From an uncultured Clostridia bacterium (GTDB taxonomy: Bacteria; Bacillota; Clostridia; Christensenellales; Borkfalkiaceae): a stretch of DNA of 44,644 nt. The number at the start of each line of letters is the position of its first letter. Positions within the stretch are counted from its first letter, which is position 1. The notes under the pieces are model-generated. The model ran no database searches, was not told the origin of the DNA, and worked only from the letters and a program-made list of their open reading frames with translations. Where the stretch lies: assembly GCA_944372565.1 (NCBI GenBank), contig CALVZR010000120.1, positions 1 to 44,644 of the forward strand, in the 5' to 3' direction. Positions 33,639-42,070 of the stretch are shown one piece after another. The position numbers and the translations under genes were made by a program.

Positions 33639-36600
33639 TTACTGCTGATTCCACTCCTGCACGGTGCCGGTGCCGCCTTTCGCAAACTGAATGGTCGTAT
33701 CGTTGCTGTATGCAGTACAATTCGTGAACACGGGCGTATATCCCGTCATATCGCCGAATGCGGAAACTTCTGTTACCGGACGGGGAGAACCGTTATACGT
33801 GTCCGTATTAATGTCTTCCGGAATATTTACATAAACAGTAACATCCATAAAAGAACTTGCTTGCAAATTGCTCGTCAATGCGCCGCCGGACCAATTGATA
33901 TCCATACTTTGTGCAGTATATAACGTCCACGTTGTTGAAAGGGTTACGGTCGCTTGAATATTTTGCAACACGCTGTTTCCGGTGATCACCCAACCGAACA
34001 CGCCGCCCCAGGTGCCTACCGTACCTTCAATGACGATATCCTTCACGGCAGCGCCGTCGAGCCCCTGGAACAAACGGCTCTGCAAATTACTGAGCGTATG
34101 GCCGTTTCCGTCAAAAACGCCGCTGAAATTACTTGCATGATAGATTACAGTCTGTTCAAAATTGGATGTGAGCGCAATATCGTTTGCTAACATATACCAT
34201 TTCGAATAATAAGACGGATCCGCATACATCGCCGTAAAATCATCGGTTGTGCTCAAAAAGCTATCGTAAACCGTAATATCAAACACATGCAGCTGTCCGT
34301 CGGAAACAGCGTAAATGAACACGTTTCCGTGCGCAACGGCAGTAACAAGCCCCGTTTCGCTTACCGTGGCGATTTCGGGATTTGCGGAGGTGTAGGAAAC
34401 TTCCGTCCCCTCCACGGAGAGCTGCGCGGTATTCGTCTGCCCTGCCGTTACGCTCAGGTTTTCAAAAGGCGTTTGCTGCACGGTGCCCGTGGAGTTCACA
34501 AGTTGCGAACTCTGCACGCCCGCCGCGAAATTCACCCGTGTATCACTGCTGTATGCAACGCAGTTTTCAAAGGTAACGACGCCGTTTTGCGAAAGAGAAA
34601 CCATACCGAAAGCCGACATCATCTCTACCGTAAAGGTATTTCCCGAAGTATCCGTGGAGATCAATTGATTATCGGGGATATTCACATAAACCGTTACGTT
34701 GCGGAGCGTGCCGTTGTTTATGATATTGTAAACCCCGCCCGCGGCTCTCGTAAACCAACTCACCGCGTCGCCGTTTGCCACCGTCTGCGTTATTTTCACG
34801 CTTACGGTCACATTTTCCACAAGACCGCCCGCCATGGAATCGCCGAGCACACCTGCCCAAGCGTCCACCGCGGCGCTCTCGATATTCAGGTTGCGTATAA
34901 TGCCCCCTTCGACCATGTTGACCATCAAGCGGTGTGTCAGCCCGCGAAGCGTATAACCGCCCCCGTCGAACACGCCGGCAAATCCGTGCGATGCATCGTA
35001 AATCACTCTGGATTCATAATCGGTAGTCAGCGTAACATCCGCCGTCATCTTATACCAATTATCGAAATAAACGGGATTTTCCGCCGTTCCCGCGGGAAGT
35101 CCCGCCAACGTTTCGTACATCGTACCGAAATCGGCGTCGTTTGTCAGGAACATGTCGTACACCGTCACGGTGAAATCGCAGGTAAATCCCCTGTACGAAG
35201 CGGTGATTACCGCTTCTCCGTGCCCCACGGCTGTGATGTTACCGTTGTCGTCCACCGTGGCGATCTCGTCGTCGGAAGAGCTCCACGCGATACCCGAAAC
35301 GACAGGCTCGCCGTTATCTTCCGCGTTCACCGCGGCTTGCGCCGTACCCGTCTGCCCGGAAGTTAAACTCAAATCGAATTCGGTAGCGGAAGTCGCCTCC
35401 ATGCTCACGTCTGCGGGCATATAGTACAGTTTGAGCACCAACGCCCCGTCGAGCGTAACGACGCCGCTCGTCACGTTGCCCGAATAGCCCTCGTTGAAAG
35501 CGTAGCCTTCGATCTCGATGGGCTCCGCAGTCACGGTCTTGTTATAAAGACCGCTCAGCACCTGCGCTTCGCCGTACAGTTCATATCCCGAATCGCCGTA
35601 GATATAATGTTCTACCGTATAATTTGCGTTCCATGCCTGCACGGTGCCGTTATCTTCGCCGAGCGTGAACTGAATGGAGGTATCATTGCTGTATGCCGCG
35701 CAGTTCGTGAACGTCGCCGCGCCTACATGATCGGTCACATTACCGAACGCGGAGATCTCGGAAACAGGACGAGTAATGCCTTCCGGATAAGTCGTCGTGA
35801 TAATATCTGCCGGGATATCCGTATAAACTGTAACGTTTGTAAAGGTTCCGCTGTAAATATAGTTTGCCAAAGCACCTAACGGTCTGCTGGTATAATTCGT
35901 CGTGTGGTAATTCCCGTAAGAAGTTAAAAGAGTAAGTCTAACTTCCACATCTTCGATTATGCTGTTTTCAATCGAATCGCCGAACAGCCCGGACCAAGAA
36001 CTCATCGAACCGTTGACTTTCAAATTGCGGATCGTTGCTCCGTTCAAACCGTTGAAAATACGGCTGCCAACGTTATTTAGCGTATATCCGCCGCCGTCAA
36101 ACACTCCGTTAAATGCAACGATGGGACGATTCGTCGCAATAACGACTTCCTGCACGCCCCACGTGGGATCGGTGATCGTGATATTATCTTTCATCAAATA
36201 CCAGGAATCTTCATAACCCCATTTGAATGCATCTTCGCTGCCGACATTACTGTACATGGAAAGGAAGTCCGCCTCGGTTATGATATACCGCGTATATACC
36301 GTTACTTCAAAGGCATACGCCGCGCCCATATAGTTCGCGCGGATATACGTCTTGCCGCCTTTCAGTCCGGTAACGAGCCCGCTTGCGTTTACGGATGCAA
36401 TCGCATCGTCGTCGCTCGTCCATACGATCGTCGCGTTGTCCACGGGCGAGTCTCCGCGCATTGCCTTTGCGGAAAGCTGCCAGGTATTGCCCTGTTCCTC
36501 CGCCGCCGAAAGCACTTCGCTCGTTTCGCCCATATCCGTGACGATCTCCAGATCGTTCCAGGTATAATACAGTTTGAGCACGAGCGTTCCTTCAAGATCC

Positions 36601-38345
36601 ACAACGCCGCTCTTTACGTTCATGCCGTATTCGGAGGCGAATACCAAGCCGTCTATCGCCATTTCTTCGGCGGTAGCCGTCTTATTATACAGCCCCTGCA
36701 GTTCTTCGGTTTTCTGCAAAGTGAAATCTGTTCCGTCCTCGTTGGGGACATAGTGTTCCACTTTGTAATCGCCATACCAGCCCTGCACCGCACCCGTGCA
36801 GTTCACGAACTGGTTTTCCTGCGCGCCCGCTGCGAACTGGATAGAAGTGTCGTTCGCAAAAACGGAACAGTTTTCAAAAGTCGCAGTGCCGCTGCCGTTC
36901 CCGAATGCGGAAATCCCCGCCACATCGAAATACTGCGCTACGTCGGTATTCGGGAATTGGTTGATATTGTCGGGAATATCGACATAAAGCGTTACGTTCC
37001 TGAGAGTGCCTCCCTCCGCATAATTGAACAAAGCGCCGGCGGCCCTTCTAAAATACTGCCCGGCTAACGCCGTATTTGCGGATTCTGTCTGTTTTAGCGT
37101 AACCGTCGCTTCCACGTTTTCCACAAGTCCATCTGACATGAAGTCTCCGAACACGCCGCCCCACAGCTGCAATGCGGCATTTAATTTCAGGTTGCGTATC
37201 GTTCCGCCGTTCAGACCGGAAAACAGCCGTACCTGTACGCCGTTTATCGTATGTCCGCCGCCGTCCAGCACGCCCTCAAACTGCGGTTCGCCGAAAATCG
37301 TCTGTACCTGATAATCTGCATTGTGATCGTCCGTAAACGTGATATCGTCTGTCAGCAGATACCAGCCCGTAAGGTCTTTTTCGGTGACATTGTAAAGACC
37401 GTCTCCCACGTTTTCCACGTCATACATGTCTGTATAGATCGCCCCGAATTCATCCGCCGTGGCAATATAATTCGTCCACACCGTCACTTCGCAGGAAACG
37501 CTGCCGATGTCGTAAGACGCGGTGATCGTTGCCGTGCCGTGTCCGACCGCCGTAACGACGCCGTTTTCGTTTACCGTGGCGACCGTTTCATCGGAAGAAC
37601 TCCACACGATCTCGCCCGCGGGGATATCGGTTTCGCCGTCGTCCGTCGTTTCCTTCACCGTAGCGGTGATCGTGACGGTTTTATCCTCGTCGTCCGCGGA
37701 AAGCGAAAGATCCTCTTCGTCCGAAGAGATCTCAAACGAGAGATCGCGCAGCACGGTTACGGTGAACGTTGCCAAAACGGGATCGCCATCTTCGGGCGTA
37801 TAGGTGACCGTGATGGTCGCCTGCCCTGCGCTCACCGCCGTCACTTCGCCCGTCGTTTCGTTTACCGCGGCGATCTCGGGAGCGGAAGAGGAGAAGGAAA
37901 ACGTTGCGCCCTCCACGCGGTCGCTGCCGTATTTCAGAACGGGGCGGATGGTATAGGCATCCTCCCGCTCGAGGTTGACGCCCGCGCCGTCCTCTTCAAA
38001 GCTCAGCGAATAGGTGCCGTCGAGCGAAGTGTCGCGTTCCACGCGGACGGTCACGCTCGCGCTCTGCCCTTCCGCGCTCGCCGTGATCACCGCGGAGCCT
38101 TCCGCCACCGCAGTGACCAGCCCCGTAGCGCTCACCGTGGCGTTCGCCTCCGAAGAGGAACTCCACGTAACGGTTTCGCTGCTGTTCGTGTTCACTTCGA
38201 GCTGGAGGGTTTCGCCCTCTGTCAAAGTGCGTTCCGCCGCGCCCTCGATCGAAATGGTGATCGGGGTGCGGTTGTCGTTGCACGCCGCCGCGCCGACCGC
38301 ACACGCGATCACCAGCGACAGCAGTACGTAAAGTAATTTTTTCAT
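33639..38345 (-). CDS. Giant modular surface lipoprotein: Big_2-type Ig domains alternating with four beta-helix-like modules
   Basis: Signal peptide and lipobox MKKLLYVLLSLVIAC; RBS AAGGAGGGAGG. About six Big_2-like segments (..ATVSATGLVTAVAEGSAVITAS..). Four modules each begin G-V-F/L-D-G-G/N-G-x-T and end N-C-x-x-Y/F-x-N/S-D-T. Confidence 0.85.
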   Translation of the reverse strand: MKKLLYVLLSLVIACAVGAAACNDNRTPITISIEGAAERTLTEGETLQLEVNTNSSETVTWSSSSEANATVSATGLVTAVAEGSAVITASAEGQSASVTVRVERDTSLDGTYSLSFEEDGAGVNLEREDAYTIRPVLKYGSDRVEGATFSFSSSAPEIAAVNETTGEVTAVSAGQATITVTYTPEDGDPVLATFTVTVLRDLSFEISSDEEDLSLSADDEDKTVTITATVKETTDDGETDIPAGEIVWSSSDETVATVNENGVVTAVGHGTATITASYDIGSVSCEVTVWTNYIATADEFGAIYTDMYDVENVGDGLYNVTEKDLTGWYLLTDDITFTDDHNADYQVQTIFGEPQFEGVLDGGGHTINGVQVRLFSGLNGGTIRNLKLNAALQLWGGVFGDFMSDGLVENVEATVTLKQTESANTALAGQYFRRAAGALFNYAEGGTLRNVTLYVDIPDNINQFPNTDVAQYFDVAGISAFGNGSGTATFENCSVFANDTSIQFAAGAQENQFVNCTGAVQGWYGDYKVEHYVPNEDGTDFTLQKTEELQGLYNKTATAEEMAIDGLVFASEYGMNVKSGVVDLEGTLVLKLYYTWNDLEIVTDMGETSEVLSAAEEQGNTWQLSAKAMRGDSPVDNATIVWTSDDDAIASVNASGLVTGLKGGKTYIRANYMGAAYAFEVTVYTRYIITEADFLSMYSNVGSEDAFKWGYEDSWYLMKDNITITDPTWGVQEVVIATNRPIVAFNGVFDGGGYTLNNVGSRIFNGLNGATIRNLKVNGSMSSWSGLFGDSIENSIIEDVEVRLTLLTSYGNYHTTNYTSRPLGALANYIYSGTFTNVTVYTDIPADIITTTYPEGITRPVSEISAFGNVTDHVGAATFTNCAAYSNDTSIQFTLGEDNGTVQAWNANYTVEHYIYGDSGYELYGEAQVLSGLYNKTVTAEPIEIEGYAFNEGYSGNVTSGVVTLDGALVLKLYYMPADVSMEATSATEFDLSLTSGQTGTAQAAVNAEDNGEPVVSGIAWSSSDDEIATVDDNGNITAVGHGEAVITASYRGFTCDFTVTVYDMFLTNDADFGTMYETLAGLPAGTAENPVYFDNWYKMTADVTLTTDYESRVIYDASHGFAGVFDGGGYTLRGLTHRLMVNMVEGGIIRNLNIESAAVDAWAGVLGDSMAGGLVENVTVSVKITQTVANGDAVSWFTRAAGGVYNIINNGTLRNVTVYVNIPDNQLISTDTSGNTFTVEMMSAFGMVSLSQNGVVTFENCVAYSSDTRVNFAAGVQSSQLVNSTGTVQQTPFENLSVTAGQTNTAQLSVEGTEVSYTSANPEIATVSETGLVTAVAHGNVFIYAVSDGQLHVFDITVYDSFLSTTDDFTAMYADPSYYSKWYMLANDIALTSNFEQTVIYHASNFSGVFDGNGHTLSNLQSRLFQGLDGAAVKDIVIEGTVGTWGGVFGWVITGNSVLQNIQATVTLSTTWTLYTAQSMDINWSGGALTSNLQASSFMDVTVYVNIPEDINTDTYNGSPRPVTEVSAFGDMTGYTPVFTNCTAYSNDTTIQFAKGGTGTVQEWNQQ

Positions 38346-38421
38346 CTACCTCCCTCCTTGATTAAAGATTCTCAAGTATCTTTTCTCCGCCTCTCCGCCG
38401 CTGCGGGAAAAGGCGGTTTTT

Positions 38422-40191
38422 TCAGCAGATTTCGAGGAAATCCCCCTCGTTGTAAACGAGAATGCCGCTCGCCTTGCAATCCGCCTTGAACCGCTCGATC
38501 TTGCGCGGCAGTTCGCTGCCGTAGTCGTTGCCGTAAACGGCGAGCAGGATGGAGCGCACGGACAGGCTGTCCTTGGTAAGGCGCGGGCGGAGCAGCACGT
38601 ATTTATCCCATTCCGCGGCGCGCAGCAGTTCGAGTTTGGCGCGGGCATCGTTCAAAACGCTCATGCAATAGGTGAGGAATTCTTTTGGCCAGAATTCGCG
38701 CAGGTTCCAGCAGGAAGAATCCCCCGCCCCCGTGCGCGCGCCCTCGCCGAGCGCCTCTTCGATGAAATCCCAGCGGGAACGGATAAGTTCCCAATAGTGT
38801 TTCATGTGCGGCGCGATGTCTTTATAATAGTTTTCGAAAAACTCGTCCGTCAGCTCTTCCTGGCTCTGATCAAGATTCCATAAAAGCTGCGACTGCAAAA
38901 ACTGCCTCAATTCTTCAAAGCACGGCGTGGGCGAGTTGTGCGAGCCCTGATCGAAGATAAAGCTCACGCCCAGATCGCGCAGAATGGTGTAATTCTTTTT
39001 CATGGTGCCCCAGTTGTTGAAATTGATGAGATAATTGTCGAAGTTGGTGCAATACGTCCATACGTGCAAATTTTTCGCCACGGCGTGCCAGCCTTCAAAG
39101 TTTTCCGCCGTGCGGAGATTGTATTTTTTATCCGTATATTCCTTGGAATACACGCAGGAAAAGGGCACGACCATCACCGCGAGGTTGTCTTCCGCCACCA
39201 CGCCGTCGCACGCGGGAACGAGGTTCCCCTGCCCGTCCTTTTTCACGGGGGGCGTGCTCGTCGCGTTGTAGGCGAAGGTAACCAGCGTGAGCGGGCGGTG
39301 CGGATCGGTTTCTTTCAGCCAGGCGCCGATTTCGCGCGCCACCTTATTGGCGAAGCGCATCATCACCGCGGCGGGGCTGCCGGTCTCTTTCACGAGCGCC
39401 TTACAGCGTTCGCATCCGCAGAACCCGAAATTGTCTTCCTGGCCGATCATCACGTAATGCCCGGGGGTTTTTGCGATGATCTCTTTCAGATTTTCGATGA
39501 ACTGCGCCGTCATCTCCTCGTTCGTGAGGCAGAGGTTCATGCCGTCCGGGCTGTACCAGTCGGGATGTTCGGCAAAATATTTTTCCTTCGGCAGAATGAG
39601 GAAGTACGTGTGCGCGGACAAAATCCAGTCCGAATAGAGGTTGCGCCCGAGCTTTAAGCGGGCGGCGTGCTCCTTGTTGCCCTCGCATTCGAATTTGTAC
39701 GTGGACCAGAAGCCCAGGCTTCTCGCCGCGATGTCCGGCTTTTCGAAAACTTCCGTTTTGTAAAGCGGGTAGCTTTCGGCTTTCTCTATGGCGATCTCCG
39801 TCTTGGCGTAGTACCGATAGCCGAAGTGGATGCGGCAGAATTCGTACACGCCGAAATAGGTGCCGCGCTGAAAGCCGAAGATATACACGTCGTTCCCCTC
39901 CGTGCGGATTTTATATCCGTCGTACGAGAAGGTTTCAAACGTCGGCTTTTCGCCCAGCTTTTCCAGCGCTTTCGTATAGCCGAGGAAAATCCTGCAATCT
40001 TTCGCGGCGAGGTCGTTTTCCGGAACGACTTCGGGCTTCACTCCCGCCGCCATATCGAAAATCCGGCAAAGTTCGCCCGCGGCGAACGTTTCGTATTCCG
40101 TCGGCTCCTGCGGCAAAACGACGGTATATGCCGTTTTGCCGCGTTCCGCCAGGACGGTATTTGTCTTTTCAGTCGTTTTCTTTATGACCAT
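38422..40191 (-). CDS. DUF4838-like (GH-associated TIM-barrel) protein, cytoplasmic paralogue
   Basis: ORF trimmed to the ATG at 40191; the upstream gene stops at 40182. Shares GQEDNFGFCGCERCK and many other blocks with 40182..42059. No signal peptide. Family name is from recall. Confidence 0.65.
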   Translation of the reverse strand: MVIKKTTEKTNTVLAERGKTAYTVVLPQEPTEYETFAAGELCRIFDMAAGVKPEVVPENDLAAKDCRIFLGYTKALEKLGEKPTFETFSYDGYKIRTEGNDVYIFGFQRGTYFGVYEFCRIHFGYRYYAKTEIAIEKAESYPLYKTEVFEKPDIAARSLGFWSTYKFECEGNKEHAARLKLGRNLYSDWILSAHTYFLILPKEKYFAEHPDWYSPDGMNLCLTNEEMTAQFIENLKEIIAKTPGHYVMIGQEDNFGFCGCERCKALVKETGSPAAVMMRFANKVAREIGAWLKETDPHRPLTLVTFAYNATSTPPVKKDGQGNLVPACDGVVAEDNLAVMVVPFSCVYSKEYTDKKYNLRTAENFEGWHAVAKNLHVWTYCTNFDNYLINFNNWGTMKKNYTILRDLGVSFIFDQGSHNSPTPCFEELRQFLQSQLLWNLDQSQEELTDEFFENYYKDIAPHMKHYWELIRSRWDFIEEALGEGARTGAGDSSCWNLREFWPKEFLTYCMSVLNDARAKLELLRAAEWDKYVLLRPRLTKDSLSVRSILLAVYGNDYGSELPRKIERFKADCKASGILVYNEGDFLEIC

Positions 40192-42059
40192 ACGGAATCC
40201 CAGTTGCTCCCTTCGCTCGCCATCGTGATACCGTAAGAATAGCAGTCGTTCACGAATTCGTTGCGCGCGGCGTTGATATCCGCGAAGTTGCCCGAATGAT
40301 AGGTAAGTTCGCAGAAACGGATCCAAAGCCCCTCTTTTTCGATGCGGGACACGAGCGTTTCATAGAGCGCGCTGTCCGTCGATTCGAGCGGTTTCACCGC
40401 TTCCAGGGCCTCGTCCAGCTTGTCGAGCATGCGCTCGAGCAGCAGATAATCCCAGTTGTTCGCGTTCATGATATAATTGCCGTTGGACATCACCGAAGCG
40501 CCGCTCTCCACGAGTTTCATCAGGTGGTTGACGTACATTTCAAAGAGCTCCTTCATCTTCGGAGCGGCGTCTTTATAATACGCGTTCATGAACTCGTCGA
40601 TGAGTTCGCCCGTCGAAAGCGAGGTATCCCGCGCGAGGGCGGACATCACGAACAGGCGCATTTCCGTAAAGGTGGCGGTGTTCGTGTTGTGGCTGCCCTG
40701 TTCCACCACGTAGTTCACGCCGTATTGCGAAAGCGTTTCGTAGTTGGTCTTCATGGTCCCCCAGTTGAAAAGGGGTTCCATGTAGTTATCGAAGTTGGTG
40801 GAATACTGCCAGATGGTGATATCGTCGGTAACCAGGCTCCATCCTTCCAGCATGGACATCACGCTGGCGTTTTCATAATAGGGAACGGCATAGTCCACCG
40901 AGTTGATCACGAACATCACCGAAAGGTTATCCGCCGCCTTGACCGAATCGCTCACGAGCACCTGATTGCCGTTCACGTCCGTCTTTGTCGGCGGGTTTTT
41001 GGTGTGGTTGTATGCGAACGTCATGAAATGCACGCCGCGTTCGGGATAATTTTCTTCCAGCCACGCGTTCACGCGCTCCACCACCTCGTTGGTGAATTCC
41101 ATCATCACCGCGCTCGAAGAACCCAATCTCTCGATCTCGGCCTTACAGGATGAGCAATCGCAGAACCCGAAGTTATCTTCCTGCCCGAGCATGAAATAAT
41201 TGCGCGTTTCGTCTTCCTCGATGAGCGTTTCCACCCGTTTCACGAATTCGTCCACCATTTCGTCGCTCCGCGTGAGGCAGAGGTTGGGGCCGGCAACGGG
41301 GTTGCCGTCCTCGTCCGTGGCGGGGCTGTACCAATCCTCATGATCTGCAAAATACGTGGCCGGCGGCAGGATTTTGAAGTACGTATGGGCGTACATATCG
41401 GAGATCCAGCTCTGATAGTAGTTGATGGAGCGCAGCCGTCTCGTGTACTGCATACCGTTGTTGAGTTCGCCGTACATGAAAGCCATGTTGTCGATATCCG
41501 GCACGTTGCAATATCCCGTGAAGTTTAGAAGATTGGCGCTCGTAACGGTATCGATGGCGATCTCGTCTTCCGCATAGAAACGGTAGTTGAAGGTGAAATC
41601 GAGGAAGTCGTACACGGCGTTGACGTCGCCGAAAGAGGTGTCTCCGAAGAGATACACGTTGCTTCCCGAAGTCTGCAAACAGCTGCCCGTATCCTTGAGA
41701 TCTGCCGAAGCCTCAATGTTCGCGTTTTTCCGCATTTCGGTATCGCCGATGACGATCAGCCGCTCGGTTTTGGCCACGTCGGATTCCTCGTAAACCGCGA
41801 GGGTCGCGCCCGTCGCTTCGCGGAAGAAATACACGAGTTCGTTTGCGGCGAACACCGTTTTGTCGTCCGCGTCGTCGGGAATGACGATGCTGTAATCCGT
41901 GCTCTGATTCTGCGCGAGAACGTATTCGGTTTTTTCGAAGGTCGGGCGGGTGCTGCCTTCTTCTTCCTGATGATTGTTGCAGGAAGCGCTCACCGCCCCC
42001 GCCGCCATCGCAATCGCGAGGACGGCGACGATCAGGATTTTATACAAAGCTTTTTTCAT
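40182..42059 (-). CDS. DUF4838-like protein, lipoprotein paralogue
   Basis: Signal peptide and lipobox MKKALYKILIVAVLAIAMAAGAVSASC. Has a GQEDNFGFCDCSSCK block. Collinear similarity to 38422..40191. Confidence 0.7.
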   Translation of the reverse strand: MKKALYKILIVAVLAIAMAAGAVSASCNNHQEEEGSTRPTFEKTEYVLAQNQSTDYSIVIPDDADDKTVFAANELVYFFREATGATLAVYEESDVAKTERLIVIGDTEMRKNANIEASADLKDTGSCLQTSGSNVYLFGDTSFGDVNAVYDFLDFTFNYRFYAEDEIAIDTVTSANLLNFTGYCNVPDIDNMAFMYGELNNGMQYTRRLRSINYYQSWISDMYAHTYFKILPPATYFADHEDWYSPATDEDGNPVAGPNLCLTRSDEMVDEFVKRVETLIEEDETRNYFMLGQEDNFGFCDCSSCKAEIERLGSSSAVMMEFTNEVVERVNAWLEENYPERGVHFMTFAYNHTKNPPTKTDVNGNQVLVSDSVKAADNLSVMFVINSVDYAVPYYENASVMSMLEGWSLVTDDITIWQYSTNFDNYMEPLFNWGTMKTNYETLSQYGVNYVVEQGSHNTNTATFTEMRLFVMSALARDTSLSTGELIDEFMNAYYKDAAPKMKELFEMYVNHLMKLVESGASVMSNGNYIMNANNWDYLLLERMLDKLDEALEAVKPLESTDSALYETLVSRIEKEGLWIRFCELTYHSGNFADINAARNEFVNDCYSYGITMASEGSNWDSVWS

Positions 42060-42070
42060 CTCTCTCCTCC

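Noticed and set aside
33639-38345. Repetitive structure considered as a CRISPR array or tandem DNA repeat
   Set aside because: The repeats are about 0.7-1.1 kb protein modules that are diverged at the nucleotide level and lie in one continuous reading frame. No short direct repeats with spacers exist anywhere in the window.
38346-38421. GC-rich CCGCC...GGCGG hairpin with a T6 run between the DUF4838-like gene and the giant lipoprotein gene
   Set aside because: The T-run follows the hairpin only on the plus strand, where nothing is transcribed into it. On the minus strand there is no U-tract, so it is not called a terminator.
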